Below are positions 18,255 through 28,129 of a stretch of 64,000 bases of DNA, piece by piece. Under the pieces are notes generated by a model. It ran no database searches and was not told the origin of the DNA. It worked only from the letters and a program-made list of their open reading frames with translations. Location of the stretch: assembly GCA_965248575.1 (NCBI GenBank), contig CBDFJQ010000002.1, positions 2,784,001 to 2,848,000 of the forward strand. Reading direction: 5' to 3'. Position 1 is the first letter of the stretch. Each line of letters opens with the position of its first letter. The DNA is from Planctomycetota bacterium. Its GTDB lineage: Bacteria; Planctomycetota; B15-G4. Both the position numbers and the translations under genes were made by a program.

Positions 18255-20033
18255 GTGAACACACCACCCTCCAGCCGCTCCGGCGTTCATTCCACCTTCC
18301 TCGCCGGGCTGCTGCTGGCACTGGTGGTTGCCGCCGTCTTTGCCGGCACGGTGCGCGCGCCCTTCGTGTTCGACGACATCGTTTCGTTGGTGATCAACCC
18401 GCACCTCGAGCAGCTCTGGCCGCCGGACGCCTCGCTGTGGGCCACGGAGCAATCCACCCTGGCCGGACGACCGGTGGTGGCCTTCACCTTTGCCGTGGAC
18501 TACGCCCTCGGTGAGCTGAGCCCCTTCGGCTACCACGTGGTGAACATCGCGCTGCATGCCTTGAACGCCTGCTTGGTGTTCGCGCTGCTGTGCAGGCTGC
18601 TGGGTGCCAGGCGCACCCGCGTGGCCTTCGCTGCGGCTCTGCTCTGGGCCCTGCACCCTCTGCAGACGGAGGCCGTGACCTACGTTGTGCAGCGCACGGA
18701 ACTGCTCTCCGCTGCGTTCATCCTGGGCTGTCTCCTGGCTGCCTTGCGCGGCTTCAACAGCATGCGACGCGGAGGCTGGTTCACGCTCTCCGCACTCTGC
18801 TGTCTGGCTGGCGTCGGCACCAAGGAAAGTGTCGTCGTGGCCCCGGTGCTCGTGCTGCTCTTGGACCGCACTCTCAACGGTGACACCTTCCGCAACAGCT
18901 TCCGCCGCAGCCGTCGTCTCTACTACGGCCTTGCCCTGTCCTGGGTCGCCTTGGGCGCGCTCATGCTGCAGGCGCCACGCGGCGATTCGGTGGGTTTCCA
19001 TCTGGGCGTGAGTGCCTGGACCTGGGCCTGCACGCAAGCGGAGGTCCTGGTCCACTACATGCGCCTGGCCCTGTGGCCGTTCCCGCTCGCGCTGAGTTAC
19101 GAATGGCCCCTGGCCGAGGGACTCGGTCAGGTCTGGCCCTCGGCCCTGGCCATCGTCGCCTTGCTCGGCGTCACGGTCTGGGGCCTCAGCAAGCGCTCCC
19201 CCTGGGCCTTGGCCGGTGCCTGGTTCTTCATCCTGCTGGCACCGACATCGAGTGTCGTGCCCATCGTGACCGAGGTCGCAGCTGAGCGGCGCATGTACCT
19301 GCCATTGCTCGCGCTGCTTGTTCCGGCCGTGCTCGGGCTGAACAGCTTGTTGCAGACAGCCGCCCGCCGGCTCCCCGCGGGCTCCCAGGCCACCGCCCCT
19401 CGCAGCGCGGCGGCGCGGCTCGTCTCCCCCGTGGCTGTACTCGGGCTCGCACTGCTCGCAGGTATCCCCACCCTGCAACGCATCGAAACCTGGAGTAGCG
19501 CTGAGCAACTCTGGCGAGACACGGTGGAGGCACGGCCCGAAAACTCCATGGCGCACTTCATGCTCGCCAACACCCTCAAGATCGAGAAGCGCTACGAGGA
19601 GGCGTTGCCTTTCTACGAGCACGCCCTGGAGCTCAAGCCCCGCGACTTCAAGACGCTCGTCAACATGGGCAACTGCCAACAGTCTGCCGGCCTGCTCGAG
19701 GCCGCGGAACGCACCCAGCGTCGGGCCATCGCGCTGCATCCAGAGGTCGCCGTGGCCCACCTGAACCTGGCCATCACCCTCTTCTTCGCGAACCGGGCTG
19801 CGGACGCCATCCCCTCCCTGCGCCGCTGCGTCGAACTCGAACCGGACACCATGGACCACAGGTGTCTGCTGGCCTCCACCCTGATCAACCGGGGAGTGCG
19901 GCTGCCGGAGGCCCGCAACCAACTCGAGCTGGTGCTGCGCCGGAACCCCGCGGACGTGCGAGCCCAGCTCATCATGGAACGGCTGCAGACCGCCGAGTTC
20001 CTGCAGAACGTCCCCCCGCAGCGTTCGCGCTGA
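18255..20033 (+). CDS. TMTC-like GT-C protein O-mannosyltransferase with C-terminal TPR repeats
   Basis: FVFDD, RPV, YHVVNIALH, LHPLQTEAVTYVVQRTE, KE, LWPFPL and AERRMYLP motifs, followed by TPRs. Confidence 0.8.
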   Translation: MNTPPSSRSGVHSTFLAGLLLALVVAAVFAGTVRAPFVFDDIVSLVINPHLEQLWPPDASLWATEQSTLAGRPVVAFTFAVDYALGELSPFGYHVVNIALHALNACLVFALLCRLLGARRTRVAFAAALLWALHPLQTEAVTYVVQRTELLSAAFILGCLLAALRGFNSMRRGGWFTLSALCCLAGVGTKESVVVAPVLVLLLDRTLNGDTFRNSFRRSRRLYYGLALSWVALGALMLQAPRGDSVGFHLGVSAWTWACTQAEVLVHYMRLALWPFPLALSYEWPLAEGLGQVWPSALAIVALLGVTVWGLSKRSPWALAGAWFFILLAPTSSVVPIVTEVAAERRMYLPLLALLVPAVLGLNSLLQTAARRLPAGSQATAPRSAAARLVSPVAVLGLALLAGIPTLQRIETWSSAEQLWRDTVEARPENSMAHFMLANTLKIEKRYEEALPFYEHALELKPRDFKTLVNMGNCQQSAGLLEAAERTQRRAIALHPEVAVAHLNLAITLFFANRAADAIPSLRRCVELEPDTMDHRCLLASTLINRGVRLPEARNQLELVLRRNPADVRAQLIMERLQTAEFLQNVPPQRSR

Positions 20034-20051
20034 CCGCCTCTCTGAAGGTCT

Positions 20052-20107
20052 CGCGACGCCACGAACGAGCAGGCGTGGGTCGCTTCCTCGTTGCTGTTCG
20101 TGTCGCG
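20052..20107 (+). terminator. Long imperfect hairpin between the TMTC-like gene and the ECF sigma gene
   Basis: CGCGA/TCGCG, CACGAAC/GTTCGTG and AGCAG/TTGCT arms; no immediate U-tract. Confidence 0.35.
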
Positions 20108-20233
20108 CCGAAGGCACGAAGTTCATTCTTTCTGGTCTTCGATTGAAGTCCTGGGGAACGCGGTTTCTGCAGCTTGAGAGAGGGCTATACTCCCCAGTCC
20201 TCCTGCGACTGTTGCCTCACCCGTATTGCCTCC

Positions 20234-20869
20234 ATGACCTACCCAACAACCCATGCCAGTGCTGCAAACGCCTCAGCGGCGCAGGCAGGGGGGGCGCAAC
20301 CGACCGATGGCTCGGAGCACACGGAAGACCTCAACCTCGCGCGACAGGCCTTGGAGGGCTCCGCTCTCGCATGCCAGGAGTTCGCGGTCCGCATGACGTG
20401 CGTGCCGCGCATGCTGGCCGCCCGCAATGCGCGCCTCAGTCATCCCTTCAGCAAGGAAGACCTCGAGGACCTCACGCAGGACACCCTGGTCTCCATCTGG
20501 AAGCGTCTCGACAGCTATGCGGGTCGGGCATCCCTCGAAACCTGGGCTTTCCAGTTCTGCCGCCATCAGGTCGCCAACCGGCTGCGTGCGCGAGGCCGCC
20601 GACCACGCCATGTCAGCGACGAGTCCATCGACTCCACGCACGATGTGGTGGGCCAGTTCATGGACTACGAAGAGGTGCACCAAGCTATCGACCGGGTGGA
20701 ATCCCGCGATGCCCAGGTCATCCGGCTCAAGCACTTCGACCATCAGACCTTTGATCAGATCGGCAACGCCCTGGCCATCTCACCGAACACGGCCAAATCC
20801 CGCTACTACAGGGCCCTGAACCGGCTGCGGGAGCTGCTGAGCCCAGCTCCCAAGGGGCTGCCGTCGTGA
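20234..20869 (+). CDS. ECF-type sigma-70 factor
   Basis: DLEDLTQDTLVSIWKRLDSYAG..SLETW (region 2); TFDQIGNALAISPNTAKSRYYRALNRL (region 4). Confidence 0.9.
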   Translation: MTYPTTHASAANASAAQAGGAQPTDGSEHTEDLNLARQALEGSALACQEFAVRMTCVPRMLAARNARLSHPFSKEDLEDLTQDTLVSIWKRLDSYAGRASLETWAFQFCRHQVANRLRARGRRPRHVSDESIDSTHDVVGQFMDYEEVHQAIDRVESRDAQVIRLKHFDHQTFDQIGNALAISPNTAKSRYYRALNRLRELLSPAPKGLPS

Positions 20870-21573
20870 ACAACGATCCCACCCCAGGCCGCGACAAACA
20901 GGACGACCCCGATCTGGAAGAACTGCAGGGGCTACTCGATCAGATGGCCGCCGAAGAAGAAGAGTTGATGCGCGAGGCGCTCGCGGACGATCCGGCGCCC
21001 CATGTGGAGCGCGTGGCGCAGATCCTCGCCGCCGCACGCGCGACGGATGCCACGGCAGCGCCTGAATCAGCTGCACCCGACGCGGATGCACCAGCACCGG
21101 CAGGACAAGCCCCAACGGCACCTGTGGCGCCAGGCAGGTCAGCGCTGCTCCGCCTCGCTCCGCTGCTCGCCGTCGCCGCCGCGCTCCTGCTGGGCTTTTT
21201 CCTGACGCGCGACGATGAGCAAGAACCGACCCCAGGTCCTGGCAGCGCCCTGCTGGGACAGGACTCCGCGCGACTGCTGCACCCGGTCGGAAACGTCGGA
21301 TCGGCTGAAAGCCTCACGAGCGTCCGCTGGGACTTCCCCCGGGCTGCGCCGGCCTGGACCTACCGTGCGCGCCTCATCGACCCCACTTTGTCGGGCCAAT
21401 CCGCCATACTCGCTGCCAGTGTCGAGCTCGGCATCAGCTCCTGGCTCGTTCCACCTTCAAGGCTCTCGGCGCCCGAGTCATGGCCAGCACGCGTGATCAT
21501 CGAGGTCCAAGCCTTCGCCGGCGGCGAGCTCCAGGACACGTTGACGCATGCGCTCGAGTTCTCCTCGCCCTAG
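20866..21573 (+). CDS. Single-pass membrane protein, putative anti-sigma factor
   Basis: GTGA overlap with the sigma gene; acidic N-terminus, Ala/Pro linker, TM LAVAAALLLGFFL, beta-rich C-terminal domain. Confidence 0.6.
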   Translation: MNNDPTPGRDKQDDPDLEELQGLLDQMAAEEEELMREALADDPAPHVERVAQILAAARATDATAAPESAAPDADAPAPAGQAPTAPVAPGRSALLRLAPLLAVAAALLLGFFLTRDDEQEPTPGPGSALLGQDSARLLHPVGNVGSAESLTSVRWDFPRAAPAWTYRARLIDPTLSGQSAILAASVELGISSWLVPPSRLSAPESWPARVIIEVQAFAGGELQDTLTHALEFSSP

Positions 21574-24023
21574 GCCTCGCTGCGACTCCGTGCGCAGCAC
21601 TGCCCACGGGCTTCAGCACTCCGGCAATGGTCCAGGACGGACACTCCGAGGCTGAGTCCACAACGCAGGACGAGGCGCAGCCACCAGCAGTCCAGGTCAC
21701 TGGCAATGCGGCCGCCACCGAAGCTTCCGAGTCGGCGACCCAACTGGTCTCAGAGGGTCGGCACGAAGACGCCCTTCAAGCCCTCGCCTCCGTCCTCACA
21801 CGAGACGACGTGCCTGCGAAGTGGCGCCCCTACCTCACCAACCGCGCCGCCCAGTTGGAGATCTTCCTCGAGCGACCGCGGTCCGCCCTCGCCCGGCTGG
21901 ACGAACTCGAGTCGCTGCTCGGGGACAGCCTGTCCGACCTGCGCTCCGCCGCTTACGCCTACGGGCAACGAAGCCTCCTCTACCGCAAGTGGGGCCTGCT
22001 GGACCTCGCACAACACTGGCTTGACCGCGAACTCCTGCTGATCGAAAAGCTGAAGCTCGGCCACGGCGACCAATGGTTCGACAAGGCTGGCTTCGAGTGG
22101 ATCTCCGCCAACGAACATCAGGCGGGGCAGATGCTGGCCCGGGGCGACCACCGAGGCCTGGAGGCGCTCGTCGAACGCGCCCTGGAGAGCGGTCATTATG
22201 ACAACCGCCCGGAGTATCGGGCCATGCTTCAAAGCCGACTGGCCATCGGCCTCGCCGACGCCGAACTCGACGACCCGAAGCTCCCACGCAAAGCAGCGGG
22301 GCTGCTCGAAGAGGTGCTGGCCGCCCTGGCGCCTAGCCAACAGTCGGAGCGGGTGCGCATGGAGACCCTGTTGGCTGAGCTGGCCTTGCGCAGGCATGAC
22401 CTCGCAGCCAGCCAAGCATGGCTCGACCGAGCAGCGGAGCACATGGGTGCCACCGAGAAGGAGCAGGGCGCTCATCCGGGCAGTTCGTTCTGGACGACCA
22501 TCGCAACGCGCCTCGCCCTCGACTCCGGGGCTCCGACGGCGGAGCTGGTGGCCTGGGACTCGCGCCTGCGCAGCGCCTACCAGATCTTCCTCGACCAATG
22601 GAGACAGATCGAACCTCGCGAGGGCGGCTACGGCATGCTGCACCTCAGCACGATGCGCGCCCTGCTCAGCGAACTGATCCGCCTCTCGCTTGCCCTGCAT
22701 GGCCAGCAGCGTGGCAGCGAAGAGTGCCTGCGATTACTGATGCGGGCCCAGGCCCTCGGCGGCCTCTCCCGTTCCGCATCTCAAGCCTTGCCGACGCTCG
22801 AAGTCTTGCGCGACACGCTGCTGGGGTCGGAGGATGCGGGCCTGCTGATCTACCTCCCGACTCCGCTGCGCACGCACCTCTTCGTGCTCGACTCCAGCTC
22901 GCTCCAGTGCGTCGAGCTGGCGAGCCGAGATGTCATCGAGGCCCAACGCCAACGCCTGGTGGGTCGGCTCATGCGACCCGAAGAGGGGGCCTCAGCCGTC
23001 GAGGAAGCCGCGGGCCAGCGGGCTGAGCTCGCGGGTCTGCTGATCCCCTCCCAACTCGTCGCACAGGTGGCGTCCTGGAAACACCTGACGGTCGTTGGCG
23101 CGGACCTGCTCGGCGAGCTGCCCTTCGAGTCCTTGCCCCTGGGCGACGCGCCCTTCCTGGGAGTGAGCCACGCGCTCTCCTATCTGCCGTCGCTCCCCTT
23201 CGGAGTGGAGCTGGGGCGAACCACCCTCGCGCAGCACCGCCCAGGGGACGAACGACCCGTGGCGTGGATCTTCTCCGCTCCGCCGCTGAGCCCGGCTGCC
23301 CGTGAACTCATGCCCGACCTGGCTCCTATCCCGCTGAGCACGGAACAGGCCCAAGAGCTGCTCGCCCCCTACGGCCCCACCGTGCGCACCCTCGCCGGAG
23401 AGCAGGCAAACCTCTCGGCCTTGAGTCAGGACTCTCTTGGCGCTGCGCGCGTCCTGCAGCTCTTCACCCACGGTGTGTACGACGCCCTCGCTGTGCGCCC
23501 CGCCCGACTCATGTTGGCCGCCGAGTCCGAGCACGACGGACTGCTGCGCGCCTCCGAAATCGAGCAGCTGCTCTCGCCGCCACCGGTGGTGCTGCTGACG
23601 GCATGCCGGACAGGCCGCGGCCCCCGGCGCTATGGCGACCCCGGAAGCACCGACCTCTCGGGAGCCTTCCTCAGCGCAGGTGCCCGAAGTGTCGTGCTCT
23701 CGTCCTTCGATCTCGATGCCGAAGCTGCCCGCCGCCTCTCGCTGGAGTTCCATCGCGCGCTAGCTGATGGAAGCTCGGTGGCAGAGGCCATGCGCAGCTC
23801 ACGGGAGAAGCTCGCCGCAGACCCTCGCTTCGCAGATCCCTTCTATCACTCCTTGCTGCACGTCGTCGGCCGCGGCGACGACGCGCTCTTCCCCGCGAAG
23901 CTACGAGCCCGCAGCCCCTGGTGGGTGGCCCCTTGGTTCACCAGCACAGCGAGCCTTGGGCTCGTGCTCCTGCTCTGGGCGCTGTCGCGCATGGCCCAAC
24001 GCAGGCGTCGAGCCGCAGCTTAG
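21480..24023 (+). CDS. CHAT domain (caspase/HetF-like) protease with helical TPR-like N-terminal region and C-terminal TM anchor
   Basis: LPFESL, QLFTHG (His), VLLTAC (Cys), AFLSAGARSVV and PFYH motifs. Start uncertain (21480 or 21627). Confidence 0.85.
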   Translation: MASTRDHRGPSLRRRRAPGHVDACARVLLALGLAATPCAALPTGFSTPAMVQDGHSEAESTTQDEAQPPAVQVTGNAAATEASESATQLVSEGRHEDALQALASVLTRDDVPAKWRPYLTNRAAQLEIFLERPRSALARLDELESLLGDSLSDLRSAAYAYGQRSLLYRKWGLLDLAQHWLDRELLLIEKLKLGHGDQWFDKAGFEWISANEHQAGQMLARGDHRGLEALVERALESGHYDNRPEYRAMLQSRLAIGLADAELDDPKLPRKAAGLLEEVLAALAPSQQSERVRMETLLAELALRRHDLAASQAWLDRAAEHMGATEKEQGAHPGSSFWTTIATRLALDSGAPTAELVAWDSRLRSAYQIFLDQWRQIEPREGGYGMLHLSTMRALLSELIRLSLALHGQQRGSEECLRLLMRAQALGGLSRSASQALPTLEVLRDTLLGSEDAGLLIYLPTPLRTHLFVLDSSSLQCVELASRDVIEAQRQRLVGRLMRPEEGASAVEEAAGQRAELAGLLIPSQLVAQVASWKHLTVVGADLLGELPFESLPLGDAPFLGVSHALSYLPSLPFGVELGRTTLAQHRPGDERPVAWIFSAPPLSPAARELMPDLAPIPLSTEQAQELLAPYGPTVRTLAGEQANLSALSQDSLGAARVLQLFTHGVYDALAVRPARLMLAAESEHDGLLRASEIEQLLSPPPVVLLTACRTGRGPRRYGDPGSTDLSGAFLSAGARSVVLSSFDLDAEAARRLSLEFHRALADGSSVAEAMRSSREKLAADPRFADPFYHSLLHVVGRGDDALFPAKLRARSPWWVAPWFTSTASLGLVLLLWALSRMAQRRRRAAA

Positions 24024-25744
24024 GTGTTGCCGCGCACAGCGGCTTCTTCTTCCGCATCAGGGGGAGTAGGGCCGGTGCCCAGGAAGCCCTCAGGCTCGTT
24101 TTCGTCAGGGCCGGTTCCGTAAGTCAGCGACAGGCTTTCGATCCCCGGGAGTTGCTGGAAGTCGTCGTAGGTGTCCTGGCTGCCGAACAAGCCCACGAGG
24201 CTCGGCCCCTTCCTCACGACCAGGCCTGAGCCGTCGACGATGACCTGGCGAACCACGACCGTGTAGATGTCGTCGAAGCTCTCGCTCGTCTGGTCCAAGG
24301 AGAAGGGGTAGGGGTTGCCTGAGAAGACGAAGGGCCCGCTGAGGTGTAGCGGTTCCGCGCCCGTCGTGCTCCCCAGGGAATCGGCCTTCCAGACGGAGAC
24401 CATGGCCTTCGTGCTGAACCCGACGGCGGGAACCAGCGGTTGAGCTGCTGGCTCGAGATCGACCCACAGCCAGTAGCCGCCCAACTCGATGTGCGGCCCC
24501 ATGGTTCCGCCGCCAGCGTCGAACTGCTCTTGCTCGTGATCAAACTGTTCGTCCCCGCGCACGAAGATCACTTCGCTGAGCCTCTGGTTCACCAACTGAC
24601 CGCCAGCGTAGGTGCCCTGGGCGGGGGCCAGCAGGTCGTCATCTCCATCATGGTCGAAGTCCGCCACGGCCACACTGGTCTGGTTGACAGCTGCGTTCCT
24701 CGGTTGCTTGCCGAAGGCAATGTCCTCCCGACCCGCAGGAAGCACGAAGGTTGAAGTGAATCCCCCTTCGCTGGGCGAGATGTAGCGCAAGCTCACAAGC
24801 TCCGGAGCAGACTGGATGCTCAGCACGACATCCGTATCCCCATCCCCGTCCTGATCCCAGGTCGTGAGATTCACGACACCCAGGCTGCCGATGTTGATGG
24901 GGGCTGCGAGCCCTGTCTCGTCCGCCAGGAAGATGGACTCGGTGAGGCCGCCGTCCATGCTCGTCACTAGGCACAGCCGCTCGATCCCTGAGATGCCCGT
25001 GACCGGAGTAGCGATCATGGGCCAGGCCATCCACATCAGGGAGGTCAGGAAGGTGCCATCACTGTCGAAGACCTCGATACCGTAGTCGCTGACCACGACA
25101 ATCTCGGACTGGGCGTCGGGCGTTGCGGCCATTGAGTCCCAGTCCAGGAGGTGCACTTCTCGAGCGGGAAGGCCTGAGTTCGTCTGCAAGACGAGGGTGC
25201 TGGCAAAGCCTCCGAGCCCGTCGCTCAAGGCCACCAGGATCTCCGTCGAGGAGGCCCCACTTCCGAGGGCCACGATGTCATGACCGTCCACCCCGTTCAG
25301 TTCGCCGACCCGGACCTTGCGAGCACCGAGCCAGGGCCCGACATCGGTTGAGCTGATGTTCCAGGACTCTCCAGCGCTATTCCACCCCAACAACTCCAGC
25401 CCCGCAGAGCCCACCACGACCAAGCCATCGCGCCCGTCAGCGAGCGCACCCGGGAGCACGGCCATGTCATTCACGGACGCGCTGTATCCACCATTCACGC
25501 GGGTGCGAAAGACCTCCGGCTCCATGAGCAACACCAGCTCGTCGTCATCCAAGAAGACCGCATCGGAGTGCAGCACGCTGGTGAACTGACCGGCGTAGAT
25601 GGCGCGGAACTGGGCGTCGCCAAGGGCTGGAATGACGCCGGGAGGCGATCCGTACTGCGAGCCAGTCATCTGGGAGACGACCGGTGAGCAGACGACGGCG
25701 AACAGCATCGCCATGCGCAAAAGTGGGAACCGAATAACAAGCAT
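24020..25744 (-). CDS. Secreted FG-GAP/VCBS-repeat beta-propeller-like protein
   Basis: Signal peptide; GELNGVDGHDIV, DQDGDGDTDVV and ADFDHDGDDDLL repeats. Confidence 0.7.
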   Translation of the reverse strand: MLVIRFPLLRMAMLFAVVCSPVVSQMTGSQYGSPPGVIPALGDAQFRAIYAGQFTSVLHSDAVFLDDDELVLLMEPEVFRTRVNGGYSASVNDMAVLPGALADGRDGLVVVGSAGLELLGWNSAGESWNISSTDVGPWLGARKVRVGELNGVDGHDIVALGSGASSTEILVALSDGLGGFASTLVLQTNSGLPAREVHLLDWDSMAATPDAQSEIVVVSDYGIEVFDSDGTFLTSLMWMAWPMIATPVTGISGIERLCLVTSMDGGLTESIFLADETGLAAPINIGSLGVVNLTTWDQDGDGDTDVVLSIQSAPELVSLRYISPSEGGFTSTFVLPAGREDIAFGKQPRNAAVNQTSVAVADFDHDGDDDLLAPAQGTYAGGQLVNQRLSEVIFVRGDEQFDHEQEQFDAGGGTMGPHIELGGYWLWVDLEPAAQPLVPAVGFSTKAMVSVWKADSLGSTTGAEPLHLSGPFVFSGNPYPFSLDQTSESFDDIYTVVVRQVIVDGSGLVVRKGPSLVGLFGSQDTYDDFQQLPGIESLSLTYGTGPDENEPEGFLGTGPTPPDAEEEAAVRGNT

Positions 25745-26131
25745 GAGTAGCGTCCGGGTGATTGGGAAACGGTTGGAACAGTGTACCGGCCATTCGGCGC
25801 GAGGTGACGTTTCCGAGGCCGCCGACGACTCCAATCTGAAGCGGGGCATCACCCTTTTTGTAGCGTTGTATTTCCTTGAACTCTGCTCGCTGTCCACGAC
25901 ACATACCCCCTGTGAGGGGGAGTTGTGCGCTTGGCCCTTTCGGCCCTTCCCCAGTGCAGCTCGAAGCACGAATTGCATGAACCCTGCAGAGGGTTGGAGA
26001 CACGCACAAAGGAAACTCATGCGATGTCCGTGTGTGGCCATCGCTCCCTGCTCCCATGGCCGCTCGGGTGCGGGGGCGGTTCCGTCGTTCATCCAAGCGC
26101 CTTGCCCCACTCACTCCGAATTGGAACAGCA

Positions 26132-28066
26132 ATGACATACCCACGTCTCCTTCTCGCCGGACTGCTCCTGGGCGGAGCACTCGCTCCCCCATCCAACGCA
26201 CAGACGATGGGGGAGATCGACCCGACCCTCGCCGGTGAGCAGGTGGGGATCTACTCCACGGAGTCCAGCTACTTCCGGCTGCGTATCTCACCGACCAACA
26301 CCCGCCGCTTCCACTACGGAAGCCGGCTGCTCCCGGCCAAACCGCCGCGTCCTGTCGCAGGGGACTTCAACGGCAACAACCGGGACAGCGTCGGCGTCTT
26401 CGAGAACCACGACGCCACCTGGCACCTCGGCAACAAGAACGGCCAGGGCAAGGAGCTGTGGACCTTCCAGTTCGGAACGCTCAACAGCGAAGCCATCACG
26501 GGCAACTGGAACGGCGCCGGCGGTGACGGTGTCGGGACATACCAGCCCACGACCGGCCAGTTCTCACTGAGAAACACAGCCACACCAGGCTCTGCGGAAT
26601 ACAGCTTCACGCTGCTCGCAGGCTCACCTCCCACGGTGCTGACCGGTGGCCACGCCGTTTCGGGTGACTTCAACGGCAACGGCAAGGACAGCGTCGGCAT
26701 CTACGACCCGAACAACGGCCACTTCTACCTGACGAACGCCGACCTCACCGTGCCAGCCGCCAGCCACACGGCGGGCGTTGACTACCAGTTCGGCCCGAAC
26801 CCCGGCCTTCCAGTGGGTGCTGAGGGCCCCCCCTTGCTCCCCGTCTTCGCCGACTGGAACTTCAACGGCAAGGACACGCCCGCCGTCTACGAACAAGCCA
26901 TCCAGACCTTTCACGTCGCGCTTGCCAACGTCACGAGCGCCCCCGTGACCTGGCTCTACGGGTCCGAGGAAGCCTACGCCTGGTACCCCGTGGCCGGTCG
27001 CTGGAACCTCGCGGGCTCCACTGGGGAACACACCGGCTTCGCTTGGCCCCAGGACGGTGCCCAAGGCATGGCCGTAGAGACCCTCAACGCAGGCTTCGCA
27101 CAAGCGGGGAACATCACGAACCTGCACAGCCTCGTGGTCTGCCGCAACGGCTACCTGGTCAAGGAGAAGTACTTCCACGGCTTCGACGCGACCATGGGCA
27201 ACTCCATCAAGTCCGTCTCCAAAAGCTTGTTGTCCGCGATGTTCGGTATCGGCCTCGCGCCAGGCGGCGTGCTCGGCACCATCCACGACAGCGTGGTGAG
27301 CTACCTACCCGGCTACGTCCCGGCCGGCGACCCCAAGGAGGCCATCACCCTGCGCAACATCCTCACCATGCGCTCGGGCCTGGATGTGCAGACGGGTGGC
27401 TACGGACCCTTCTACAACTCAACAGGCGACTGGATGCAGTACGTCCTCAGCAGCCCGTTGCTGTTTACGCCGGGCACCTACCATCAGTACAGCCTTGAGC
27501 TGACCCATCTCGGCTACGGCATCATCCAGAGCGCGGCCACGGCTGCCGCGCTACCCCCGGGCAACACGGTCCACGCCTCCGACTTCGCGGACGAACACCT
27601 GCTCGGCCCACTCGAGATCAGCACCACCCGCTGGGACCGTGATCCCTTTGGCGTGGATGCAGGCGGATTCTTCATGCGTCCGCGGGACATGGCGCGCTTC
27701 GGGCAGCTGTTCCTCGACCAGGGCACGGTGACGAACACGAGTGGTGCGAGCGTTCCCATCCTGCCGGCCAGCTGGGTGGCGGACTCCACCTCCGCGGTGG
27801 TGCCCAAGAACTTCCCCGGCGCCACGGGCACCTGGGACTACGGATACTGGTGGTGGCGCGGCAGCTTCGCCGGGCACCCCACCTTCTTTGGCTGGGGCTA
27901 CGGCGGCCAGTTCATCTTCGTCGTGCCCAGCAAGCTGCTCGTGGTGGTGGCCACCTCGGACTGGGTGCTGAACCCGGGCAGCGCGACGATCACCCAGACG
28001 TACAACGCCATCTTCGCGCTCATGAACACCTACATCGTCCCGGCCGCCCCGACGGGCGATGGCTAG
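26132..28066 (+). CDS. Secreted serine hydrolase (class C beta-lactamase-like) with N-terminal GDFNG..D.VG repeat domain
   Basis: Signal peptide; four G(D/N)(F/W)NG..D-type repeats; SVSK catalytic motif, LTMRSG, YS, RDMARFGQL and GYGGQ motifs. Confidence 0.85.
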   Translation: MTYPRLLLAGLLLGGALAPPSNAQTMGEIDPTLAGEQVGIYSTESSYFRLRISPTNTRRFHYGSRLLPAKPPRPVAGDFNGNNRDSVGVFENHDATWHLGNKNGQGKELWTFQFGTLNSEAITGNWNGAGGDGVGTYQPTTGQFSLRNTATPGSAEYSFTLLAGSPPTVLTGGHAVSGDFNGNGKDSVGIYDPNNGHFYLTNADLTVPAASHTAGVDYQFGPNPGLPVGAEGPPLLPVFADWNFNGKDTPAVYEQAIQTFHVALANVTSAPVTWLYGSEEAYAWYPVAGRWNLAGSTGEHTGFAWPQDGAQGMAVETLNAGFAQAGNITNLHSLVVCRNGYLVKEKYFHGFDATMGNSIKSVSKSLLSAMFGIGLAPGGVLGTIHDSVVSYLPGYVPAGDPKEAITLRNILTMRSGLDVQTGGYGPFYNSTGDWMQYVLSSPLLFTPGTYHQYSLELTHLGYGIIQSAATAAALPPGNTVHASDFADEHLLGPLEISTTRWDRDPFGVDAGGFFMRPRDMARFGQLFLDQGTVTNTSGASVPILPASWVADSTSAVVPKNFPGATGTWDYGYWWWRGSFAGHPTFFGWGYGGQFIFVVPSKLLVVVATSDWVLNPGSATITQTYNAIFALMNTYIVPAAPTGDG

Positions 28067-28129
28067 GAGCGCGGCTGCCGTCTTCGGCAGATCCAAGGAA
28101 CTGTTGCAGTGCCAGGGGGGAGCCCGCGG

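Noticed and set aside
20234..24023. Type III-E CRISPR (Craspase) locus
   Set aside because: No Cas7-11 gene or array in the window; the similarity is only architectural.
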